The notes beneath the pieces are model-generated. The model was given only the letters and a program-made list of their open reading frames with translations, had not been told where the DNA came from and made no database searches. A DNA stretch of 63,166 nt, the filler included, from Octopus bimaculoides (Eukaryota): the NCBI RefSeq assembly GCF_001194135.2. It is 3 parts of 3 records of this genome, joined end to end, with 100 filler letters (N's around TTAATTAATTAA, not from the genome) between each part and the next. Parts side by side here need not be neighbours in the genome. Positions count along the whole stretch, not along the records: positions 29,844 to 60,299 come from NC_068982.1; positions 60,400 to 63,166 come from NC_068983.1; 1 more part is not named here. One strand, given 5' to 3'. Made by a program: the position numbers and the translations under genes. Positions 52,001 to 63,166 of the stretch are shown piece by piece; positions within the stretch are counted from its first letter, which is position 1, and every line of letters begins with the position of its first letter.

Positions 52001-53261
52001 CTACAACAACAACAACAACAACAACAGTAGGCAAAAACTTTAATGAAAACCACAAATAACATTTACTTTTGAAATTGGTCTTTAACATTATCTCTCTGTT
52101 CCTCCAATTCCTCTGCCATACAAGGAATGGCAACATCGGAACAACAAAGAACAAGATCTCCAAACATCACCATCATTGTTCTTTTTGACATTGCATAAAC
52201 AGTACCAGAGCCGGTGCCATGTGGAAAAGCACCCAGTGCCACACTCTGTGAAGTTGTTGGCATGTTAGGAATGGCATCCAGTCATAGAAACCATGCCAAA
52301 GCAGACAATTGGAGTCTGGTGTGGCTCCTGGTCTTAACAGCTCTTGTGAAACCGTCCAACCCATGCCAGCACGGAAGACAGATGATGATGACTTTTCTAT
52401 GGAATTTATTGTGGCAGATTTTCTGTGGCCAGATGGCCTTCCTGTTGCCAAGCAACATAGTATTTCCTTAGAGAGAATATTTGCAGTCCTAAATAACATT
52501 AAAGCCAAAAATAGGTTTAAACTGCAAACCCAAACAATCAATGCTGTGCTACATTCAAAAAGTCTTCTTTATGTTGTAAACTGCACTTTGTGCTAAATTA
52601 CAAGAAGGACAACAAGGACATTGGAAGACAATGCAACCTTCTAATTATAAAGTAAATACATTAAGTATGTGTAGGTCACTTTAAAATAAAGCCCTGTATG
52701 TTATAAATAATAGGCACAGGAGTGGTTGAGTGGTAAGTAGCTTGCTTACCAACCACATGCTTCTAGGTTCAGTCCCACTGCATGTCACCTTGGGCAAGTG
52801 TCTTCTACTATCGCCTCGGGCCGACTAAAGCCTTGTGAGTGGATTTGGTGAAAGAAACTGAAAGAGGCCCATCATATATGTGTATATACATATGTGTGTG
52901 TGTGTTTGTCACCCCAACATTGCTTAACAATCGATGCTGGTATGTTTACATCCCCGTAACTTAGCAGTTCTGCAAAAGAGACCAATAGAATAAGTACTAG
53001 TCTTATAAAGAATAAGTCCTGGGATCGATTTGTTCAACAGATGGCTGCAGTCAAATGACTGAAAAAATAAAAAGGATAAAATATATATTATGCATTTCAA
53101 TTGATTTATAGGCAAAATATTACAAATTAAAATTTTGGAACTTTTTGAGTAAAATTTGGTACTTTTATTTTGCTAAATCTGGTACTTTCATCGAAATACA
53201 TTTGGCAAGATTGGGTGAGAGGCAGGAAGTGTTTAAGACTAGGAAATAATGACGGGCGAGA

Positions 53262-53336
<75 letters not shown>

Positions 53337-53582
53337 TGCAGCAGGGAGAGGAGGCTGTTGAATCTTTCATCCTTTTTTATCCTTTATTTGAACTAAAGAA
53401 CAATAGAGTTTCTCTCCATAACCAAAAATAGAACCAAAATCTTCCTTAATTCACACTCAAGCATTGATCAATGTGATCCTAGTTATACTGTGTCTAAAAC
53501 TAAAAGACAGGATGGTCACAAATGGAATGATCATAGGTCAATTTGATCAGGGTTGCCCTGAAGGTTAAACAATAGACATTAC

Positions 53583-53661
53583 CGTATGCAATTGGTGTTT
53601 CTCCAATCTCAAGTCTTTGTTGGTACATGTCCAGATCCATCATGTCTTCCAGGTTTAATGG
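53583..53661 (-). CDS. CCDC96: CCDC96 exon (PLNLEDMMDLDMYQQRLEIGETPIAY)
   Basis: Acceptor TTTGTTTTTGCTGACAG, donor ACG|GTAATG; 79 nt, open only in phase 0, exits in phase 1 matching the next exon. Confidence 0.7.
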
Positions 53662-54350
53662 CTGTCAGCAAAAACAAATAATGACAAATTGTTTGGAATT
53701 CAAAGTTTATTACAGCAGCAACAATGGTGAAGGAATCAGAAATGGCAAAGAACAAGACTAAATATTTAGAATAATATTTCACTTATTTTCACCCTGTTCT
53801 CCCTTGAAATCCCATAATAGTATTATTGTTAGCAAGAACAACACAGTATTTCATTTTGCCATCAAAATAAACTACATTCAAGGTTTTCACGTCAATACAC
53901 TTCATCTTCCCTTGTGTTAGCAGAGTAACATATTCATCTTTTCCAGTTTATTTCTATAGATTTTGGATACAATTCAGAGCCAGTACTGAAAGTTGCAATG
54001 TTTCATAAATGAATGCATCCATGTAAACAATGTGATTCTCTATCTTTGATTGCTTTATTTAAAAGACTTATTTATTTGCAATATGTCGTAATTTTCAGTT
54101 CTGGCTCTGAATTCTATTGGAAATCTATAGAGATACACTTAAAAGACAATAATATTAGTCTAATCCCCCAGAGTTAACAGATATATCTCTCATTATCATG
54201 ATCGATAGCACATATTTGATATGTGATATTTTGCAGTTTTGTTGTTGTCGTTAGTTTTGCATCGAATGCACATCTTAGCCTCAGCACCAATGAATATTGT
54301 TGCTAACATGTTACAAAGTTACTGGAATGGTAAGAGAAACCAATATTTAC

Positions 54351-54535
54351 AATACCATCTTTTGTTGCATACATTTCACCAGCTTCAGTCGGAAACAATC
54401 CAATCACTGCCTCTTCAGCTTCCTTTTCACTTTCTCTCTTCTCCCCTTCAGGCTGGCCCTCTGCTGCTTCCGTTTCTGCCACTCCTGTTGAAACTTCTTC
54501 TACAGCTGCTGCTGCTTCCCCTTCTTCACCTTCTG
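54351..54535 (-). CDS. CCDC96: CCDC96 exon (AEGEEGEAAAAVEEVST...ATKDGI)
   Basis: Acceptor TCTTTAG|CAG (phase 1; tandem TAGCAG); acidic frame continues the previous exon. The donor is uncertain: phase 0 needs ATT|GTAAAT (exon end 54351), while the better-looking G|GTATTG (54356) is phase 1. Confidence 0.65.
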
Positions 54536-56012
54536 CTAAAGAAGACATTTTCCAACATTAACAAGAAAAGCCTAACCCTAACCCAAAAGAAACCAAAGAG
54601 AACAATCGCAAGTAACCAGAGATTGGTTTTATTTCATTCTAATTTATCTTTTTACTTGTCATTAGACTGTGGCCATGCTAGGGCACTGCCTTGAAGAATT
54701 TTTAGGTGAATGAACCAACCTCATTACTTATTATTTTTTGTAAAGCCTGGTAAGTTTTATTGGTCTCTTTTGCTGAATCACTAAGTCACACTGGGATGTA
54801 GACAAACCAACAAAGATGATTTATATTAAAACTAAATACACTAAAGTTGTAATTACTGTTTAGATAATATGTTTTATCTCAAATTTAGTTTTATAAATTA
54901 TTATAAGAATCTCAACGATATATTAATGAAAAACATGCTTAATTGAATTTACAGTAAAATATCAATACACTGCCACTGAGTCTGCTGTGACGAATCTATA
55001 GATTATGCTCAGAAATATGAATTTAATATTTAATCAATTTCAGGTTGTTTTATATATATATGTATANNNNNNNNNNNNNNNNNNNNNNNNNNNNNNNNNN
55101 NNNNNNNNNNNNNNNNNNNNNNNNNNNNNNNNNNNNNNNNNNNNNNNNNNNNNNNNNNNNNNNNNNNNNNNNNNNNNNNNNNNNNNNNNNNNNNNNNNNN
55201 NNNNNNNNNNNNNNNNNNNNNNNNNNNNNNNNNNNNNNNNNNNNNNNNNNNNNNNNNNNNNNNNNNNNNNNNNNNNNNNNNNNNNNNNNNNNNNNNNNNN
55301 NNNNNNNNNNNNNNNNNNNNNNNNNNNNNNNNNNNNNNNNNNNNNNNNNNNNNNNNNNNNNNNNNNNNNNNNNNNNNNNNNNNNNNNNNNNNNNNNNNNN
55401 NNNNNNNNNNNNNNNNNNNNNNNNNNNNNNNNNNNNNNNNNNNNNNNNNNNNNNNNNNNNNNNNNNNNNNNNNNNNNNNNNNNNNNNNNNNNNNNNNNNN
55501 NNNNNNNNNNNNNNNNNNNNNNNNNNNNNNNNNNNNNNNNNNNNNNNNNNNNNNNNNNNNNNNNNNNNNNNNNNNNNNNNNNNNNNNNNNNNNNNNNNNN
55601 NNNNNNNNNNNNNNNNNNNNNNNNNNNNNNNNNNNNNNNNNNNNNNNNNNNNNNNNNNNNNNNNNNNNNNNNNNNNNNNNNNNNNNNNNNNNNNNNNNNN
55701 NNNNNNNNNNNNNNNNNNNNNNNNNNNNNNNNNNNNNNNNNNNNNNNNNNNNNNNNNNNNNNNNNNNNNNNNNNNNNNNNNNNNNNNNNNNNNNNNNNNN
55801 NNNNNNNNNNNNNNNNNNNNNNNNNNNNNNNNNNNNNNNNNNNNNNNNNNNNNNNNNNNNNNNNNNNNNNNNNNNNNNNNNNNNNNNNNNNNNNNNNNNN
55901 NNNNNNNNNNNNNNNNNNNNNNNNNNNNNNNNNNNNNNNNNNNNNNNNNNNNNNNNNNNNNNNNNNNNNNNNNNNNNNNNNNNNNNNNNNNNNNNNNNNN
56001 NNNNNNNNNNNN

Positions 56013-56047
<35 letters not shown>

Positions 56048-56559
56048 TATACATATGTATACACGTGTGTGTGTGTGTGTGTGTATCATATATCTGTGTC
56101 TGAATGGCAACCAATTTCTGTGTGTTGAAGTTGATAAAATGTTAGAATTGTCAGATTCTGTAACAACTGGTTACTATGACAATACTTCCCTAGCAGCAGA
56201 CATATTATATTCATGTGAAGAATTCCACACAATCATGGCTCAAAGCCAGATATATTAAACTATTTACAGCAATGACATTAAAGACCACAAGATGGAACCC
56301 AATCCAAGAACGGAATCAGAATTACTGAATTACACCAAATTCAGCTGATGGAACTTTAGCATAAAATATATTCTGGTGTTCTTCCTGATCGCTCAATTTT
56401 GAAAGTAAAGCCACCCCATTGTAGTCTAGGACCACATTAGATGGATTGTCTGGTTAAACGTCACTCCTGCACTCATGCGGATTCCAAACGAGATTATGAG
56501 AGATTAGTCTCTGTGACTTCTTCAACTATTATCCGATCTGTCTATCTTTGCTGCTTTCA

Positions 56560-58564
56560 TCGTCATCACCGTCATCATCGTGTAACGTCCGTTTTGCATG
56601 CTGCCATGGGTTGGACAATTTGATTGGGGACTGGTGAGCCGGATGACTGCACCAGGCTCCATCTGATCTGGCAAAGTTTCTACAGCTGGATGCCCTTCCT
56701 AACGCCAACCACTCCAAGAGTGTCGTGGGTGCTTTCTATGTGCCACTGGCACGAGGGCCAGTCAGGCGGTACTGGCAACGGCCACGCTCAAAATGGTATA
56801 TTTTACATGCCACCTGCACAGGAGCCAGTCCAGCAGCACTGGCAATGACCTTGCTCAAATATTTTTTCACAAGTGCCAGTAAGGCGACACTGGTAACAAT
56901 CCCACTCGAATGGTGCTTTTTACGTGCCACTGGCATGGAAGCCAGTCAGCTGCTCTGGCAATGATAATGCTCGGATGGTGCTTTTAGCACTCCACAAGCA
57001 CGGATGCCAGTCATTGAATTTGATTTCGATTTTGATTTCACTTGCCTCAACAGGTCTTCACAAGCAGAGTTTAGTGTCCAATGAAGGAAAGATACAAATA
57101 AGTGTGCTGGTTACATCCCTAGCATAGGCCACGGGTCATGGTCTCACTTGTCTTGTCAGGTCTTCTCAAGGACAGCATATTTCCAAAGCCTCGGTCACTA
57201 GTCATTGCCTCGGTGAGGCCTGAAGTTCGATGGTCGTGCTTCACCACCTCATCCCAGGTCTTCCTGGGCCTATCTCTTCCATAGGTTCCCTCAACTGCTA
57301 TGGTGTGGCACTTTTTCACACAGCTATCCTCACCCATTCTCGCCACATGACCATACCAGCGCAATCGTCTCTCTTGCACACCACAACTGATGCTTCTTAG
57401 GTTCAACTTTTCTCTCAAGGTACTGACACTCTGTCGAATATGTACACTGACATTACACATCCATTGGAGCATACTGGCTTCATTTCTTGCGAGCCTACGC
57501 ATGTCCTCAGCAGTCACAGCCCATGTTTCACTGCCATGTAGCATGGCTGTTCGTACACATGCGTCATACAGTCTGCCTTTTACTCTGAGCGAGAGGCCCT
57601 TTGTCACCAGCAGAGGTAAGAACTCTCTGAACTTTGCCCAGGCTATTCTAATTCTAGCAGCGACACTTTCAGCCCCCACCCCCGCTACTGACTTGGTCAC
57701 CTAGGTAATGGAGGATATCAACTACTTCTAGTTTTTCTCCCTGGAATGTGGCGGAAGTTGTTCTCTGCACATTTTCAGTGTTTATAGCTCCTGAACATCT
57801 GCCACATACAAAAACTAACTTCCTAGTTAACCTGCCTTTGATATTGCTGCACCTCTTATGTGTCCATCTTATAGAGTTACTACCTACTCCTTTTCTACAT
57901 ACTGGCCATCTACCTGAAGGGGTTTGTGTTTTATCTGCCTTCCTACTTNNNNNNNNNNNNNNNNNNNNNNNNNNNNNNNNNNNNNNNNNNNNNNNNNNNN
58001 NNNNNNNNNNNNNNNNNNNNNNNNNNNNNNNNNNNNNNNNNNNNNNNNNNNNNNNNNNNNNNNNNNNNNNNNNNNNNNNNNNNNNNNNNNNNNNNNNNNN
58101 NNNNNNNNNNNNNNNNNNNNNNNNNNNNNNNNNNNNNNNNNNNNNNNNNNNNNNNNNCTGAGGACAGAACCTTGGTGGACCCCTACCTCTACCCGGAATT
58201 CATTACTGTACTCACCTTACTGACAGCATCTCTGTACATGGCTCGCACAGCTCTCACTAACCATTCATCTATCCCTAGTTTCCTCATTGATCACTAGATA
58301 AGGGATCGGGGGACCCTGTCAAAGGCTTTCTCCATGTCAACGAAAGCCAGGTACAGAGGTTTATGCTTGGCTAGGTATTTCTCCTGAAGCTGTCTTACCA
58401 GAAATATAGCATCAGTAGTGCTTTTCCCTGGCACAAACCCAAACTGCCTCTCATCTAAATTGATTCGCTCCCTAATTAGTTGGGCTATGACCCTCTCCGT
58501 GACTTTCATTACCTGATCCAACAACTTGATGCCGCTGTAATTATTTGTATCTAAAGCATCACCT
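56560..58564 (-). mobile_element. RTE-clade LINE, 5'-truncated (RT, C-terminal region and 3' UTR), sense to CCDC96 in an intron
   Basis: ORFs contain QFGFVPGKSTTDAIFLVRQLQEK, LAFVDMEKAFDRVP, YLGDQV, MLHGSETW, RRLRWYGHVARM and GRDRPRKTW; long 3' UTR ending in a (GAT)n-like tail; internal N gap 57949-58158. Confidence 0.93.
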
Positions 58565-58972
58565 AGTATTATTCCCTTCATGGGACTGTCACATTAAGTT
58601 GACAGTATACAACTACTTTATCGCATCACTACTGCATAAATCTCTCTGAGAGATTTAGAAATGTATTATTTCTATTTTTGAAATCAGTGAATGTGTTTCA
58701 CTAGAATTATTATATGTTTACAAGAGCTTGACAGGCATCTCCGACTAGCAGGCCATTGCTACTCCAAACTGATGATGAGCAAAGACTCAGAAACATGTCT
58801 CTGTATGCAGGCTTAGCTAAGTGGAGGTGTTTGTCTCCCTCTTGTAAACATAAGGACACAGGAAATGTGTCAAGGCCAACAGGAATCAGTGCTGCTTCCT
58901 AGGGCTAAATAGCAGTAGTATTATTCCCTTCATGAGATTGTCACATGAAGTTGACAGCATACAACTACTTTA
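58564..58972 (+). ncRNA. Retrozyme/Penelope-like unit with a type I hammerhead ribozyme motif (core 58765-58803)
   Basis: CTGATGA-TGAG/CTCA-GAAAC-AT-GTC; long stem 58714-58851; 56-bp direct repeats 352 bp apart. Confidence 0.6.
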
Positions 58973-59361
58973 TATTTATTTATTTATACATATATAATTA
59001 TAGTTAAGGGCTACTGGAAATGACCAGTGCCAATGCTAGAAATAGGCGTCAAATACCTACATTGGTGCTGGCCATTTCCAGTAGTCTTTAACTATAATCA
59101 TATATTTACAATAATATTCATTAAAAAAATTAATGTTACCTCTACGGTCATTTTTAAGTGATAGGACACTGATATAATCATTTTATGATTATGTCCTTAT
59201 CTTATATATATATACATATATATATATGAACAGATAAGGAAGAAGACTGTCTATTTTGTCAGGGTTTTTACAGCTGGATGCCCTTCCTAACACTGGCTAC
59301 CCCAAAGAGGGGAATGCTTTTTGATGACAATAAACCATTACCTCCTCCTCCCTCTCCTTAC

Positions 59362-59743
59362 CTTTAACTTGTTTTTCATCAGTTTGGTCTTCAATCATTT
59401 CTGTGTCTTTTGCCTCCTCCTCCTCCGCCCTCTCTATTTGGCTGGTCGCTTTTGGTTCGTCTGGTTGTTCTCCCCCCTCCTCTGCCTCACTTGCTTCAGC
59501 TTTGGCCTCTGCCTCTTTTCGTTCTCCTTCTTCACTTACCAATTGCTCATCAGTTTTCTCATCAACACCACCGCCACCACCATCCTCCATCACAACACCA
59601 CCACCACCACCACCATCATCTTCAGCACCTTCAACACCTTCTGCAGCACCTTCAGCAGGGGCACCATCAACAGCAGCGCCATCCACTGTGCCATTCACAT
59701 CCTCATCTTTAATTTCTTTGACATTTGCAGCATCAGAAGCCAT
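59362..59743 (-). CDS. CCDC96: CCDC96/CFAP184 probable first coding exon (acidic low-complexity N-terminus MASDAANVKEIKDEDV...); the exon itself starts at 59784
   Basis: Acceptor TTTGATTTTAG at 59786-59785; ATG in good context (GAAATGG) at 59743; open E/A/G-rich frame; donor AAG|GTAAGG (phase 1) joins in frame to the 54535 exon. The start could instead lie in an upstream exon. Confidence 0.75.
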
Positions 59744-60525
59744 TTCTTCAGCTTCTGTATTGTCGGGTTTGGATTCTGCAGCAACTAAAATCAAAGAAAA
59801 TAAGAGAAAAATAAATCATCATCATCATTGTCATAGTCACCACCACCACCACCATCATCATCATTACTCTCTGTTTTTTACGTAAATTTACACTGTCCAT
59901 ATTACAGATCATACTAAGATCTATTATTGTTCTTATTTCATCTTATATCCGTTTTCTAAGATTATCTTAATATATAAATCTGAAATTGTGTGTTTGTGTG
60001 AAGCCTTTTTGAATGTTTATAGAAATCCACATTTTCCACTTTTTCGTAAAAATTTTTACATCAATGGAATTTTCTCGATCTGAACTTTCCAGTGCAGTAA
60101 TTAGATTTTTTAAATTCCGTTTACTTTGTGTGATTTAAGGGAGATTTGGCTGTTGTTTCTAGCAACTTTTATATTTCATCCCTGCTACCTGGAACGCCAT
60201 TCTTACACACGCGCTCAACATAAAAATATAGAGAGTAAGAGTAAAAGAGGGAGAGGGAGAGAGAGAGAGAGAGTGATACATACAATGTCATAGATTAAAN
60301 NNNNNNNNNNNNNNNNNNNNNNNNNNNNNNNNNNNNNNNNNNNTTAATTAATTAANNNNNNNNNNNNNNNNNNNNNNNNNNNNNNNNNNNNNNNNNNNNA
60401 TATATATATATATATATATATATATAAATGTACACGTGTGTGTGTGTGTGTGTGTGTGCATCTATATATCCTTTATGATATATTTACATACATCCGTATT
60501 TCATGCATACATGCAATTAACTTAC

Positions 60526-60600
60526 GAGTGTTTTCCCTTGTAATTTTGAAATGGCGGTATTTGTAGTACCGCTGACCTGTCATTGTGAATGCATTACTTG
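60526..60600 (-). promoter_or_regulatory. Candidate CCDC96 5' exon / promoter-proximal region
   Basis: C|GTAAGT donor at 60525 on the minus strand; YY1-like CCGCCATTT nearby; CpGs reappear here. Lies beyond a scaffold join at 60300-60399, so linkage is not proven. Confidence 0.3.
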
Positions 60601-63088
60601 ATAAACTAAATGTCTTGACATTATCATTCGTTAGCCTACAGAAAACTGCTTGCATTTCTATTTCAATTATTTTCTTTCTGTTTTGATTTGTAGTTATTCC
60701 TTTTCTTTTCCCATCCCATTTTCTAATGCAGACCTGATTTATTCATTTATAAAATTCATTTCATTTTATATCATTTTATTTCAGGCTGAATAGCCACTTT
60801 TCTCGACCCATCTTCAGTTGTTTTCTCCATCTCTTTTTTCTTCTTTTTATCGAATTAATCTCTAATGGGTCTCTAGTTGTAATTATCATATACATAGATG
60901 TTATCAGGTGTACCGACTAAACAAAGCAGCAAAAAACTGCCCGAATATTTTTGCACTGTTCGTTTAACAAAAAAATATTTGAGGGAAATAAGAAACTATA
61001 TATGTAAACGCTTATTTATATATGTTTAATCGCAATAAATGTTGGTCAAATCCCATTTCTAAGTGAATGATGAAGACTGCATTTAGAGTCCATTTATCTA
61101 AATTCTCTGCAACATTGAAAACAGACCTGAATCAACACCGATTGTTTTATTATATATCTCTGCATCAGCGTGCGTATGTGCGCTTGCGTGGTGTGTGTGC
61201 GCAACAAAAATATCTATTAAATATATATTAACTAACGAATTTTAAATCTTATCAAAATTAAAATCTCAATGTAAAACGACCTTCGGAAAAGTGAGATTGT
61301 AATACAATATAAAACTTCATAGTCAACATGATATGCAAGTAAAAGCGTACATCGAAGTTATACATCGCCTATCATCGGCTACCTAATTATATCATGTCGG
61401 TTTAGATACCTGGTCAATACATTTTGATTCAACGTTGTCAAAAGCATAAAAGCTCCTTCCTAATTATGTGACCCAGGGACACACCCAAACATAAACGTAG
61501 TATGTTTATTATATCGACACATGCTGAGTGTCACAAATTCAAGCATAAATTTCAAATATCTACAGCTACCAAGCATATTAATATTTCAAATATATAGAAA
61601 ACAGAAAACTGTAACCGAAATACACGTTACTACATAAAGAATTATATAAATTCAAAACTCTAAAACATTATAACAAACTAAACGTTGTAAACAGAATTTA
61701 TTAAACATAATCGAAAAATATACGTTGCAAATACATAAAATGGAAAATAATAATAACCTAAGGAATAACCCAACCCAAAGAATAATCTCCTAAGAACCGT
61801 AAACATATAGATTATTTAAAGAATATAAATCAATAAACATTGCTGCTTCACGACTTATGAAACATTAATTGAGGCACAAACACAAAAACGAATAACATCT
61901 CTTTAACTACCAGATATATATCACAAGTAAAACACTGTAAAGAAATAAATCTATGTAGACCTGTAGCTATTAAATACATACTTTAATTATAGAAAACATA
62001 TCCAAACCAATATTTTGATTTTAAAAAATATATACTATACGTAATAGTAAAAGCATAAAATTAACTAAAAGAAACAGATTTTAACGAAACTATTTACGAT
62101 ATAAACTTGGTGCATATGTGCTACAAGGTAGCAACGACTTAATACACTGACTACTGTTCACTGCCAAAAGACTGATCGTAATTTATGTGTGAAAGACGAA
62201 GTAGTACATTCTAACGTTGTGACATCGTAAAGAATAATTATAGGTAATTATAATAAATTGTTCCGAAGATTCATATTGAGCTATAAACATATATTAACTT
62301 ATATTTTCTCAAAGTTTCATAATATCTTCCCATGCGGCACTTGAATATTTCTAACTTGGCAAATTCCTTTCCATTTGTACCAAGAGGTTTTTAAATCTTT
62401 CCAAATATATACTAATTACATATATAAATATAACGTCTTTAATCATTTGAGTGAAGAACACAATTTACCCTATATTTAAAGGTATTACCTCAATGCCCAT
62501 AAGCAAGTACACTATTGTAAAATCTAAACATGTAATTTCATCTACTGTGTCCCCATTACTATTACCAACATGATATTTTGAATATATTTTTTCCAAACAA
62601 ATTAGCGAAATGATTGTAATTAGGAAAGAAAATATTCTCGATGTATCTCCTAAAACGACTTAGCAGTTAAACAAAATCTATTTTTGCCGTTTGAATAAAT
62701 CATTAAGAAATCTATACTCACACGAAGATAAATATACATCAGCTATTAAGGGGATACAATAACCACACATCGAAATATCATTCTGGCATTTAAATATTGT
62801 TCTCACAATATATGCATTATCATTGATAAAGATAACCACCATGTTTAATATATATATAAAGAATTAAAATCATTACATTTAGTGTGGTATGGAAATACTT
62901 CAACGGCCCTAATGAGAAATATAGCTGAAATTTTTATTGATGAAGGTGCACACGTGGCTGTGTTTCCCAAGGACATGATTCAGGATTAAGGCCTTCTGCG
63001 TGGCATCTGGGGAAATGGTCTTCTGGTAAACAGTCGAGGCGATCAACGCTACCTGTGTTGATATGCTAGTCGCAAACTGAATGAAGTG

Positions 63089-63166
<78 letters not shown>

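Noticed and set aside
59342-59361. Alternative CCDC96 donor GAG|GTAATG
   Set aside because: Phase 0 would meet a stop in the next exon.
59321-59885. Plus-strand S/P/H-rich ORFs and the alternative minus frame
   Set aside because: Shadows of the CCDC96 acidic exon.
62909-63148. 79-aa minus-strand ORF
   Set aside because: Starts in (TA)n; no recognisable motif or consistent splice signals.

Overview
Repeat-rich, AT-rich eukaryotic scaffold. The SINE families, microsatellite density and LINE types suggest a coleoid cephalopod (octopus-like); this is inference, no database search was run. The one well-supported gene is a minus-strand, 10-coding-exon CCDC96/CFAP184 ciliary coiled-coil gene (about 41.9-59.8 kb), reconstructed exon by exon with GT-AG sites; phases match at all but one junction. 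Most of the rest is mobile DNA: an RTE LINE, two R4/Dong-like restriction-like-endonuclease LINE fragments in (TAA)n tracts, L1/Tx1, CR1-like, hAT and mariner relics, three tRNA-derived SINE families, many short RTE 3'-tail copies, microsatellites and N gaps. The most interesting observation is a 352-bp unit bounded by 56-bp direct repeats in a CCDC96 intron. It contains a complete hammerhead core at the tip of a long rod-like RNA stem (retrozyme/Penelope-like). Also noted: a second, one-base-degenerate hammerhead at 7.1 kb, two ~110-nt hairpins, and a tentative plus-strand spliced gene at 29.9-39.5 kb converging on CCDC96. No CRISPR, rRNA or true tRNA genes were seen.
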